From Candidatus Bathyarchaeota archaeon (GTDB taxonomy: Archaea; Thermoproteota; Bathyarchaeia; Bathyarchaeales; DTEX01), in contig JAGTQB010000002.1 of the NCBI GenBank assembly GCA_018396995.1, positions 71,495-135,494 on the forward strand: 64,000 nt of DNA, in the 5' to 3' direction. Below are positions 9,914 to 18,562 of the stretch, piece by piece; the stretch's first letter is position 1, and each line of letters begins with the position of its first letter. A model generated the notes under the pieces. The model saw only the letters and a list, made by a program, of their open reading frames with translations, was not told the DNA's origin and searched no databases. The position numbers and the translations under genes are program-made.

Positions 9914-12900
9914 CTAAGTCCTCTCCTTTAACCTAAGTCTTGGTGCAATACATAAGCTCATAAGCTCTTGAAGCAGGAGCTTAAATGCGTAGGAAACGGT
10001 TACTGGGGAGACTCTGGCCTTATCACCACATAGGTGACACATATACTTACGCTGTCTCGCATCATAATAGGCTATAAAACCACAGTTCTCACAGACATAA
10101 AGCGTATACTTGTCTGACTCCTCGAGGAGCCTATCCTGAAGGAGCATGGCAGCCCCATGGCCGATGAGACAATCTCTCTCCATCTCACCAAAGCGTAGCC
10201 CACCACCTCTGGCTCTCCCCTCAGTGGGCTGCCTAGTTAACATCTGAACTTGACCCCTAGCCCTTGCATGTATTTTATCAGAAACCATATGATGCAGCTT
10301 CTGGTAATAAACAATTCCAATAAAAATGTCCGCCACATACTTTTCTCCAGTTATGCCGTTATACAAGACTTCACGCCCAGTATAACTAAAACCTAGGCTA
10401 GTAAGCATGCGCTTTAGGATCTCGCCCCTTCTCCTACCCATAAATGGAGTTCCATCAACAGGCTCTCCTTTAAGGGCGGCTATTTTACCAGCCATGGACT
10501 CTAGGAATTGGCCTATGGTCATTCTTGACGGAATCGCATGTGGGTTAATTATTATGTCCGGGACAATTCCATCAGCCGAGAAGGGCATATCCTCCTGGGG
10601 GGCAATCATTCCTATAACGCCCTTCTGCCCATGTCTCGAAGCAAATTTGTCACCTATCTCTGGCACGCGCTCATCCCTAACCCTAACCTTAACAAGCCTA
10701 TTTTCCTCGTTAGTTTCAGTTATGAAGATTGCGTCTACTATGCCCTTCTCCGATGGCCTCATCTCAATAGATGAATCCCTCATCGTTGGACCACGCACCT
10801 CAAACTCCTTATATTCCTCTAAGAACCTTGGCGGGCTTATCCTACCAATTAACACGTCTCCACCCGAAACCTCTGCCTCAAGGCCAACTATTCCATCAGG
10901 CTCCAAGAGCCGGTAATACTGCTCTCCTCTATAACCCTTTATTCCGGCCTCGGGTACAGCTAGCTTATCCCTCAGTCCCCCAAGATATTGGCGGCACTCG
11001 GCTTCATAAAGCCTATAGAAGGTTGAGCGGAAGAGGCCGCGTTCTATTGAGGCCTTATTAATTATTATTGCATCCTCCATATTATATCCTTCATAGGAGA
11101 GAATGGCAACAATACAATTCTGTCCAGAGGGGCGTAGATCATAACCAATTATTTCCATTGGCTTAGTCCTAACAAGTGGCTTCTGTGGATAATGGAGTAG
11201 ATGCGCCCTCGAGTCAACCCTCAATAAGAAGTTAGATGCGTAGATCCCAAGAGCCTGCTTCGCCATCGCCGACTCATATGAGTTGCGCGGGGACTGGTTA
11301 TGCTCCGCGTAGGGTATTAATGAAGCACATATTCCAAGGATAGCGTAGGGTGTTAATTCGAGGTGAGTATGCTCTGGGGTCACATCTTCTGGATAAAGCG
11401 CTATATAGGCGTTTTCTTCCTCCTCGGCATCCAAATATTCTATTATGCCATTCTTTATTAAGTCGCTCCAAATCCACTCCTTAGAAATTATTTTCTCAAC
11501 ATGCTCCTTCCTGAGTCTAGGTACACCATTATCAACGATTATTAGAGGTCTGCGTATTCTACCCTCATCACAGTTAATATAAACCTCACGCCTAGGAACA
11601 CCGTACCTCTCATCAAAGTATGCAACATTAATCTCAGGAGAGATCTCTCCCCTCCGCCTAGCCTCCCTCAAGCTTTTAACGAGGGCTTCTGGATTACTAC
11701 AGTAACCTATTGGGGCGCCGTTTACGAAAACCTTCGCCCCAGTCCTCTTTAAATTCTCATTTGCTTCAAGGAGCGGGACAACACCCCGCCTATATAGCTC
11801 CCTCTTCACTTTATCTGAATCAACGCTAATTGAGAGCGAGGCTGAAAGGGCAAGGTTTTTAACAAGGCCGCAATTCGCGCCCTCCGGAGTCTCATTTGGG
11901 CAGAATCTACCCCAGTGGGTGGCGTGCAGATCCCTTGCCTCAAAGTTGGGCTGACCCCGACTTAATGGCGACTGAATCCTCCTAAGGTGACTATAAGTTG
12001 ATATCAAATTAGTTCTATCGAGGAGCTGCGTTATACCAACCCTGCCGCGCCCCCAGTTTCCAGTCGCAAGCGCATGCTGTAGCTTTTCAGTTATTATGCC
12101 GGGCCTAACTGCAATTGAGACATTTATTATGCGCTTCTTCGAACCCATCCTTTCAAGCTGATACTTGATGTCGCGGCAAAGGTTTCTAAAGGCAACTCGG
12201 AATAAGTCGGCGAGGAGGGGGCCTGCAAGCTTCAATCTCTTGTTCTTCACGTGATCCTTATCGTCTGGTTTACGCCTTCCCATCTTTAACTCGATTACCC
12301 TGGCAGCCATCTCGCCGAGGAGGTAAGCCTTCTCAATCCTTTTATCAGGGGTTCTCCCAATATGCGGCATAAAGATTCTGTCTAAAATTAACTCAGCTCT
12401 TTGCAATCTGTAGCTCTTAACCTGGCCCGGCGCAACTCTATTCCCAATATATAGCAAAGCATCCTCAACGGTTGTTACCTCGGCAGCCTCCTCAAAGGAG
12501 GGCTCCAGTTCACTTTGAACACTTTTGTCTAAGGAGACCGCCTCGGCTATATCCCTATCCGATTCAAGTCCAAGAGCCCTCATCAAAACAACAAATGGGA
12601 TCTCCGCTGGGACCCCAGGTATAGAAATGACCAGTGCACCACTCGGCTTCATGCGCATCTCAATTCTAGCCCTGAAGCCAACAGTCGTTGAGAATATCTT
12701 AGCTTTATAGACTGGTGTCGCCCCCTTAGTCTCTACATCAACAAGTATGCGGTTAGGAGCGAGGTCCTCAAGCGCCACAATAACCCTTTCAGACCCATTA
12801 ATTATAAAGTATCCCCCAGGGTCTAGTGGATCCTCACCCTGCCTAATGAGTTCCTCCTCAGATAAGCCGTATAGGTGACAATATTTAGACTTAAGCATTG

Positions 12901-13285
12901 TTGGCATATCACCTATATACACAATCTCCTTATCTATCTCTCTACCATCAACAACCTTTATCATTTCAATTGATATCGGCATTGCATACGTTAAATTCCT
13001 TAATCTAGCTTCCATTGGATAAATTTCGTGGCGCGTTCCATCAACCTCGGTAACATAGGGCCCGCATATAACTCCATTCTCAGTCTCACGTGCAATGAAG
13101 ACCTTGCCAAACCTAATTTTGTATGGCTTCTCAGGAACCTCTATCTCTATTTCACCAACCTCATTAACTATTTCCTGGAGTCCATGTTCTATAAACTCAT
13201 TATAAGAGTCAAGGTGCTGTCTAACAAGCCCCTTCTCCTCAATAAATGACTTAAATACAATGAAAGTATCTTCAGGACTAACCAA
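9914..13285 (-). CDS. rpoB: DNA-directed RNA polymerase subunit B (unsplit)
   Basis: 1123 aa with GDKFASRHGQKG and a C-terminal Zn ribbon (CENCG...CHLCG). TTG start preceded by GGAGGT. Confidence 0.95.
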   Translation of the reverse strand: MVSPEDTFIVFKSFIEEKGLVRQHLDSYNEFIEHGLQEIVNEVGEIEIEVPEKPYKIRFGKVFIARETENGVICGPYVTEVDGTRHEIYPMEARLRNLTYAMPISIEMIKVVDGREIDKEIVYIGDMPTMLKSKYCHLYGLSEEELIRQGEDPLDPGGYFIINGSERVIVALEDLAPNRILVDVETKGATPVYKAKIFSTTVGFRARIEMRMKPSGALVISIPGVPAEIPFVVLMRALGLESDRDIAEAVSLDKSVQSELEPSFEEAAEVTTVEDALLYIGNRVAPGQVKSYRLQRAELILDRIFMPHIGRTPDKRIEKAYLLGEMAARVIELKMGRRKPDDKDHVKNKRLKLAGPLLADLFRVAFRNLCRDIKYQLERMGSKKRIINVSIAVRPGIITEKLQHALATGNWGRGRVGITQLLDRTNLISTYSHLRRIQSPLSRGQPNFEARDLHATHWGRFCPNETPEGANCGLVKNLALSASLSISVDSDKVKRELYRRGVVPLLEANENLKRTGAKVFVNGAPIGYCSNPEALVKSLREARRRGEISPEINVAYFDERYGVPRREVYINCDEGRIRRPLIIVDNGVPRLRKEHVEKIISKEWIWSDLIKNGIIEYLDAEEEENAYIALYPEDVTPEHTHLELTPYAILGICASLIPYAEHNQSPRNSYESAMAKQALGIYASNFLLRVDSRAHLLHYPQKPLVRTKPMEIIGYDLRPSGQNCIVAILSYEGYNMEDAIIINKASIERGLFRSTFYRLYEAECRQYLGGLRDKLAVPEAGIKGYRGEQYYRLLEPDGIVGLEAEVSGGDVLIGRISPPRFLEEYKEFEVRGPTMRDSSIEMRPSEKGIVDAIFITETNEENRLVKVRVRDERVPEIGDKFASRHGQKGVIGMIAPQEDMPFSADGIVPDIIINPHAIPSRMTIGQFLESMAGKIAALKGEPVDGTPFMGRRRGEILKRMLTSLGFSYTGREVLYNGITGEKYVADIFIGIVYYQKLHHMVSDKIHARARGQVQMLTRQPTEGRARGGGLRFGEMERDCLIGHGAAMLLQDRLLEESDKYTLYVCENCGFIAYYDARQRKYMCHLCGDKARVSPVTVSYAFKLLLQELMSLCIAPRLRLKERT

Positions 13286-13430
13286 CTTTAAGGACCTCCG
13301 GCAATCTCACAAATCTAATTAAAGAGTTACATAAATTTTCCATCATATTTCTCAGCAAGCTAAGCAAGAAATAAACAACAAATAATGAAATTAATAAACT
13401 TTGCTTTCCCACTAAGACACTCAGCGCATG

Positions 13431-13440
13431 AAAAAAATAA
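13431..13440 (-). terminator. T-run terminator of the permuted tRNA transcript
   Basis: The minus strand reads TTATTTTTTT a few nt after the trailer arm. Oligo-T is the usual archaeal termination signal. Confidence 0.5.
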
Positions 13441-13447
13441 TTTCTCA

Positions 13448-13571
13448 GTCCGCACCCCAGCTCCGCAGGCCGACGTCATAATCCTGGCTAGACCACGGGT
13501 CCAGAGGGTTATGGCGGACCCGGCGGGATTTGAACCCGCGACCTCCGGCTCTCTGCGCTGAGGTGTCGGAC
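13448..13571 (-). tRNA. circularly permuted tRNA-Arg(GCG) gene: leader, 3' half (38-76 with CCA), 9-nt linker, 5' half (1-37), trailer
   Basis: Hand-folded. 3' half at 13550->13512, linker TAACCCTCT at 13511->13503, 5' half at 13502->13463. Acceptor GGACCCG/CGGGTCC, anticodon arm TCGGC-CTGCGGA-GCCGG, T arm GCGGG-TTCAAAT-CCCGC. Leader and trailer form a canonical BHB at 37/38. Confidence 0.8.
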
Positions 13572-13593
13572 TAAAAATATTCTTTGAACACGA

Positions 13594-13602
13594 TTAATTA
13601 AA
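13594..13602 (-). promoter_or_regulatory. TATA box for the permuted tRNA
   Basis: The minus strand reads TTTAATTAA, ending 22 nt upstream of the first leader nucleotide (13571). This is the expected archaeal TATA-to-TSS spacing. Confidence 0.5.
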
Positions 13603-13658
13603 TGTTTTTGGGAAGATGATATAGGGGCGCTGGCCCCTCAAGTGTAGTATACATTAAG

Positions 13659-15656
13659 ATGAGATGTTTGCTTTATTCCATCAAGAATCCAATAAATAAA
13701 ATCTATATGTGGATATTAATAGATAATGGGGGTGATGTGTTATTGGGGTTAAACCAATTTGTTGTTGAATGGCCTTACCCTGTGAATTACGATGGTATTA
13801 ATGTTATTGAGACTGATGTTCTAGTGGTTGGCGGCGGAATCTCCGGTTCATGGGCTGCTATAGAGGCCGCTAGGAGGGGAGCTAAAGTTGTGGTTGCTGA
13901 GGAAATGGATGTCTTCTCAGCCGGTCCAGCTGGGTGCGACCACTGGCATAATGCCTTTGACAACCCCGCATGTAAAGTTACTCCCGATGAAGCTATTGAA
14001 ACTATGGAACGCTACGTGATGGAGCGGGGAATACCATTTAATCCCATTGGCCGCTACATAACTTATAACGAATCTTTTAAGACGCTTCTGGAACTTGAGA
14101 AATTAGGCGCTAAAATTAGAGATACAGAGGATGAATTTAAGGGGGCGCCCTTCAGGGATGAAGAAACTAAACTCTTATATGCTTACACATATGATGTAAA
14201 ATGTACCCTTAGAGTTTGGGGGCAAACCTTCCGCCAAGCCCTTTATGCCGAGCTAGTTAGGCTGAGGGTCCCGCTGTATGGCCGGGTGCTCATCACAAGC
14301 TTACTTACAGAAGACGGGAAGATTGGGGGGCGTGTAGTAGGCGCGGTGGGTGTGCACACAAGGACTGGCGAATTTTATGTCTTTAAATCAAAAGCCACAA
14401 TACTGTGTACAGGATCATTCGACGGCGGCCTCAGGATCTTTGGCTACTTAGGATATGGTTTCTACTCTTTGCATTCGCCATCAATGGCTGGAGTCGGACA
14501 TAATGCGGCATGGAGGGCAGGCGCCGAGTTTCTAGGGATAGATGCGCGCTTTAGGAGAGGCACTGGACACGGAAGCATGCCCTCATATGCTACTGGCAAT
14601 CCAAGTAACACGTGGTATCCGTGCACTATAGTGGATGCTGATGGGAAGGAGATTCCATGGATTGATCCCCTAACCATGAAGCCCGTCTCCTCGATCGAAG
14701 AGCGTGTTATATCGGACCTAAGGGGATACAAAGCATTGGGAGGGCCGCCAAGCTGGCCTGAGACTACGCCCATATCTCACGCCTTCTTCATTCCATCAGT
14801 CGCCCAAGATTTTCTTGAGCGTGTGAAGAGAGGCGAATATAAGCTGCCCCTATATGCGGATCTACCAGGCATGCCGGAGCATGAGAGGAGGGCAATATTT
14901 GGTTTAATGGTTGCTCAAGAGGGCAAAACTTGGATAGTCTACTATAATTTGACGCGGGCTGGCTTCGACCCAAATAAAGATATGCTTCAGTCTTATTGGT
15001 TTGGCGGACGCCACCTCGATCCCATCGCAAACCTATTCACCTCTGCTCATGGGGGCTTCATCCACGACTGGGATTTCAGAACGAACCTTGAAGGCTTATT
15101 CGTTGCCGGTGACGCCTGCTTTTATGGGCTGGAGCATGCTGGGGCGGCTGTTTCTGGCAGATGGGCGGGAGCAAAGGCTGCAGATTACGCTAAGAGTGTC
15201 TCTCTCGGAAAAATTGATTGGGATCAAGTTGAGAGGGAGAGGAAGCGAGTCTACGCGCCTACTGCTAAAACCTCTGGGGTAGATTGGAGAGAGCTTAACG
15301 TTGCCATATGCACCGTTATGCGCACATATGTTAATGACTTATCTAATGAGGAGATGCTGAAAATAGCCTTAAAGTGGCTTGATGAATTGGAGCGGGGTGA
15401 GGCTGAGAAAGTGGTTGCAAGGAACCCGCATGAATTAACCCGCACCCTTGAGACGCTAAGCGCCCTATCAAATGCAAAGCTGATTACACTTTATACTCTT
15501 GAGAGGGTGCGCAGGCCAAACTTAAAAGGCTTTTTAACGATGATACTTAAAAGTAGTGGTGAGGTGGAGTTTGTTGTGCGTCCTTGGAGGTGGTGGCTTT
15601 TGCCGCCATATGCTCCTACTTATAGGGAGAATTATGAGAGGCATAAGCCGTGGTGA
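13659..15656 (+). CDS. AprA-like FAD-dependent oxidoreductase (APS reductase alpha / fumarate reductase flavoprotein superfamily)
   Basis: ETDVLVVGGGISGSWAAIEAARRG dinucleotide fold. EFYVFKSKATILCTGSF, LEGLFVAGDA and ERKRVYAP resemble AprA as I remember it. A GTG at 13737 after GGGGGTGAT is a likelier start. Confidence 0.65.
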   Translation: MRCLLYSIKNPINKIYMWILIDNGGDVLLGLNQFVVEWPYPVNYDGINVIETDVLVVGGGISGSWAAIEAARRGAKVVVAEEMDVFSAGPAGCDHWHNAFDNPACKVTPDEAIETMERYVMERGIPFNPIGRYITYNESFKTLLELEKLGAKIRDTEDEFKGAPFRDEETKLLYAYTYDVKCTLRVWGQTFRQALYAELVRLRVPLYGRVLITSLLTEDGKIGGRVVGAVGVHTRTGEFYVFKSKATILCTGSFDGGLRIFGYLGYGFYSLHSPSMAGVGHNAAWRAGAEFLGIDARFRRGTGHGSMPSYATGNPSNTWYPCTIVDADGKEIPWIDPLTMKPVSSIEERVISDLRGYKALGGPPSWPETTPISHAFFIPSVAQDFLERVKRGEYKLPLYADLPGMPEHERRAIFGLMVAQEGKTWIVYYNLTRAGFDPNKDMLQSYWFGGRHLDPIANLFTSAHGGFIHDWDFRTNLEGLFVAGDACFYGLEHAGAAVSGRWAGAKAADYAKSVSLGKIDWDQVERERKRVYAPTAKTSGVDWRELNVAICTVMRTYVNDLSNEEMLKIALKWLDELERGEAEKVVARNPHELTRTLETLSALSNAKLITLYTLERVRRPNLKGFLTMILKSSGEVEFVVRPWRWWLLPPYAPTYRENYERHKPW

Positions 15657-15662
15657 TCCGAT

Positions 15663-16061
15663 ATGAGTGGTGAAAAGAAGTATTATGCTCCGTTAACCCC
15701 AAGCATAATTATAGAGTTTGATCCAAACGTTTGTGACGGATGCTATCCAACTTTCAGAGAGCCCTTATGCGTTAAGGCATGTAGAATGGATATTTTATTG
15801 CCTAACCCATATGATAGGAGTAAGCCGCCAATACTAATTTATCCGGATGAGTGCTGTGAATGCGGCTGCTGCGTACACGCATGCCCAAAATCACTCCAGG
15901 GGGCAATAAAGTTAAATTGGCCAACACATAAGCTGCCTAGGTGGAAGAGGAAGGAGACGGGTGAACACTTCAGGGTTGGGATGCCGAACCCACCGCCGCC
16001 AAACCCAACACCACCAGTCGGAGGATGGTACCCAGAAGTAAAGAGAAGGGAGGAGCGGTAA
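15663..16061 (+). CDS. AprB-like 2x[4Fe-4S] ferredoxin subunit with Pro-rich tail
   Basis: CDGC...C..VKAC and YPDECCECGCCVHACP cysteine groups resemble AprB (PxxCWECxxC). C-terminal PNPPPPNPTPPVGGWYP tail. Confidence 0.6.
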   Translation: MSGEKKYYAPLTPSIIIEFDPNVCDGCYPTFREPLCVKACRMDILLPNPYDRSKPPILIYPDECCECGCCVHACPKSLQGAIKLNWPTHKLPRWKRKETGEHFRVGMPNPPPPNPTPPVGGWYPEVKRREER

Positions 16062-16080
16062 GACGCTAAACCTGATAGGT

Positions 16081-16917
16081 ATGGAGGCGCCACCCGCCCC
16101 CCTCATAGACATCAACCCAAAACTATGCGTCTTCTGTGGAGTGTGTGAGGTTCTCTGTCCATTTGGAGCAATAAAAATATACATCAATGGCAAACGTTCA
16201 AACCCGGTTTTAGAAAAAGGTTGTCTCTCAGAAGTAATAAGGGAAATTAAGATCGACGTAGAGACATGTAGGCGTGTTAATCTTTTATGTGATAGGCTTT
16301 GTGTTGCCGTTTGCCCATTAAATCTACTTTACTTTAATGGCTTCAGCGTCTCTATAAGTGACGTGAGCAAGTGCCCTACATGCAAATGGTGTGAAAATGC
16401 TTGCCGCTCGGTTATACATGTTAGAAAGATCTTTAGTGGGGTAATTGAGGTTTATAATGAAAAGTGCCCTGTTGGATGCAAAAATTGTGTTTATCAGTGC
16501 CCGGTTGGTGCGCTATACGTTGATGAAGATGGAAAGGTGTATGTCTTAGATGACTTCTGTATCTACTGTGGAGCATGCGTAAACGTTTGTCCAATTGATG
16601 GAGCGATAAATATAAAGATAACCTATATAAACACAGCGGCCCTTGAATCAAGAATGTGGAAGATAGCCCTTGAAAAACTATCTAAGTATAACTTCATTCA
16701 AAATATTGGTGAACAAAAGGGCGATCTCGCCCAATATGCCTTATGGCCTAAGGTAATCAAGAGCAACGATGAGAGGAAATTACTTATTCAAAGGATAGTG
16801 TATACCAAAAGTTATACTCTTGTACTGGATAGAGAGGTTTGTAAGGGTTGCCGTATATGCCATCTAGTGTGCCCAAAGGGTGCAGTTATAATTAATAAAG
16901 TTTCAGACCACGGCTAA
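16081..16917 (+). CDS. polyferredoxin (multiple 4Fe-4S binding motifs)
   Basis: About six CxxCxxCxxxCP-type motifs, e.g. CVFCGVCEVLCP, CIYCGACVNVCP, CKGCRICHLVCP. Confidence 0.8.
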   Translation: MEAPPAPLIDINPKLCVFCGVCEVLCPFGAIKIYINGKRSNPVLEKGCLSEVIREIKIDVETCRRVNLLCDRLCVAVCPLNLLYFNGFSVSISDVSKCPTCKWCENACRSVIHVRKIFSGVIEVYNEKCPVGCKNCVYQCPVGALYVDEDGKVYVLDDFCIYCGACVNVCPIDGAINIKITYINTAALESRMWKIALEKLSKYNFIQNIGEQKGDLAQYALWPKVIKSNDERKLLIQRIVYTKSYTLVLDREVCKGCRICHLVCPKGAVIINKVSDHG

Positions 16918-16965
16918 AGTAGCTTTTATATGCGCTCTTATTAGAGATTATGTTGGGAGCTTTGA

Positions 16966-17706
16966 ATGATTACGGACTCTTATTCCGGGTTCATATTACC
17001 AATTTGGAGCTGGAGGACGCCTGCTACAGATATACCTGAAAAGGTATATGGTAACTTTAGGGTGACGAAGCGGGTTGTTAAGCCTGGGACAGCATGGCCA
17101 ATGTGTAGAACTCTTGGATATGATTACTGCGTCTTTATGCGGGAGGCTACATTAACTCTTCTCCAGGAGAAGGTTGGGGATAGATGGAAAGACTGGATGG
17201 TCGATAGCCCATATGAATGGTATGCTATGGGTGAGTATTCTATGCGCACCCGTGGACCAAGGGTTTTAGTGGGCGGTTTAGGTTTAGGTCTCATTTTACA
17301 TCACTTAACAATGAGAAGGGATATCGATGAGATAACAGTTGTCGAGGTGAGCGGGGACGTTATCCAAATAATCTCTCCTCATATTCCAAAGGATCGGCGA
17401 ATAGGAATAATTCAGGGAGATATCTTCGATGTGATACCGCGACTTGCATCCGAGGGTAGAGAGTTTGACACAATAATTATTGATATTTGGGCTGGGAGGG
17501 ACTATGAATTTGTTGAAGACTTTAGAAGGTTGAGGTCTATATTATATAGGTACTACGCTAATGCCTTACATCTCTTCCATCCATTCCAAAAGACCTTGGA
17601 TACGGAGTTATTCCTCAGTTATCTGGGTGACGTTAAAAAACCGATAAGATTTATTCCTGAAGATGTTCTTCACGTGCTTAGGGAGGGGAATAGTTCTAAA
17701 ATATAG
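16966..17706 (+). CDS. spermidine-synthase-like class I SAM-dependent transferase
   Basis: WMVDSPYEW...RVLVGGLGLGLILHHL...VVEVSGDV...IIIDIW resembles the spermine/spermidine synthase fold. Confidence 0.5.
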   Translation: MITDSYSGFILPIWSWRTPATDIPEKVYGNFRVTKRVVKPGTAWPMCRTLGYDYCVFMREATLTLLQEKVGDRWKDWMVDSPYEWYAMGEYSMRTRGPRVLVGGLGLGLILHHLTMRRDIDEITVVEVSGDVIQIISPHIPKDRRIGIIQGDIFDVIPRLASEGREFDTIIIDIWAGRDYEFVEDFRRLRSILYRYYANALHLFHPFQKTLDTELFLSYLGDVKKPIRFIPEDVLHVLREGNSSKI

Positions 17707-17764
17707 TAGATGAGATATTATTGCTCTAAGAACGCTTCTAAAAACTCAGTTTCTTGCCCTCGAA

Positions 17765-18562
17765 CTATATGAGGTCAATTTCATAAACTATTCTATCAAC
17801 GCCTATCTTATCTATATAGCTAGGCACCTTCTCATTTCTTACAAAAATAGTATTCCCCTTCCGTATAAGTATCGTAGGCATCGCGCTGCTCTTAAGATAA
17901 AAAGTATACTTTTGGCATTCCCTCTTACATGGGAATATTCCAACAATGTCTTCCATTCCGTATACGTCGCAGTTTATGGCTAGACATGCGCGCGTCGTTG
18001 TAACATATGCATATGGAACGTATATAGATGCAGATATCCCAGAGATGGATAGATTGATGTCAAAGCCTTGAAAAACATTGTCTAGCTCAATTCTGGTAAT
18101 GTTATTCTGTATGAGAAAATCACGGTATATCGGGTTATCGATGCTGAGTCCCCTGAAATATCTTATGGCGTCTATTGGTAGCATGCTGGCTATAAACAAT
18201 ATTCTTGGATCGCGTTTCATTTTATTTAGTAGTCTCCCCATGACCGGCTTTAGCTCAGGGTATCTTCTCTTCAGCATCCTCAGTACCCCATAATCATTGA
18301 AGACAACTTCATTTTGTGGAGTCTCGCTTGCTATGAGGTCGAGCAAGTATCTTAGTTCCCTAAGCCCCCTGTTTGTAACATATGGTGTGATGAGGGTGAA
18401 CTGAAGTTTATTTTCCCTTGCGAAATCAATGGCTCTCTTTAAGTCTTCGGGGCTGGGTAAGAGGCGCTCGCAAAACTCCTGTCCAAAATAGATTCTCTGG
18501 TAAAACTTAGTATCTATGCGGAGTATATTTTCAATTTTCGTTATATATGCTGCTCGCTCCAT
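17765..18562 (-). CDS. peptidase U32-family protein (UbiV-like small partner)
   Basis: TIM-barrel-like N-terminus (YFGQEFCERLLP). Cys cluster ACLAINC...FPCKRECQ. Overlaps the upstream U32 gene by 22 nt. Confidence 0.6.
   Translation of the reverse strand: MERAAYITKIENILRIDTKFYQRIYFGQEFCERLLPSPEDLKRAIDFARENKLQFTLITPYVTNRGLRELRYLLDLIASETPQNEVVFNDYGVLRMLKRRYPELKPVMGRLLNKMKRDPRILFIASMLPIDAIRYFRGLSIDNPIYRDFLIQNNITRIELDNVFQGFDINLSISGISASIYVPYAYVTTTRACLAINCDVYGMEDIVGIFPCKRECQKYTFYLKSSAMPTILIRKGNTIFVRNEKVPSYIDKIGVDRIVYEIDLI

Noticed and set aside
10407-11061. Several 78-169-aa plus-strand ORFs inside rpoB, with similar ones inside rpoA (6170-6460, 7115-7348, 8557-8856)
   Set aside because: They are antisense to unambiguous RNA polymerase genes, with compositionally biased translations.
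13286-13440. Searched for a short rpoH gene between rpoB and the permuted tRNA
   Set aside because: All minus-strand frames are broken by stops within a few codons. The region is AT-rich and promoter-like, so no gene is called.
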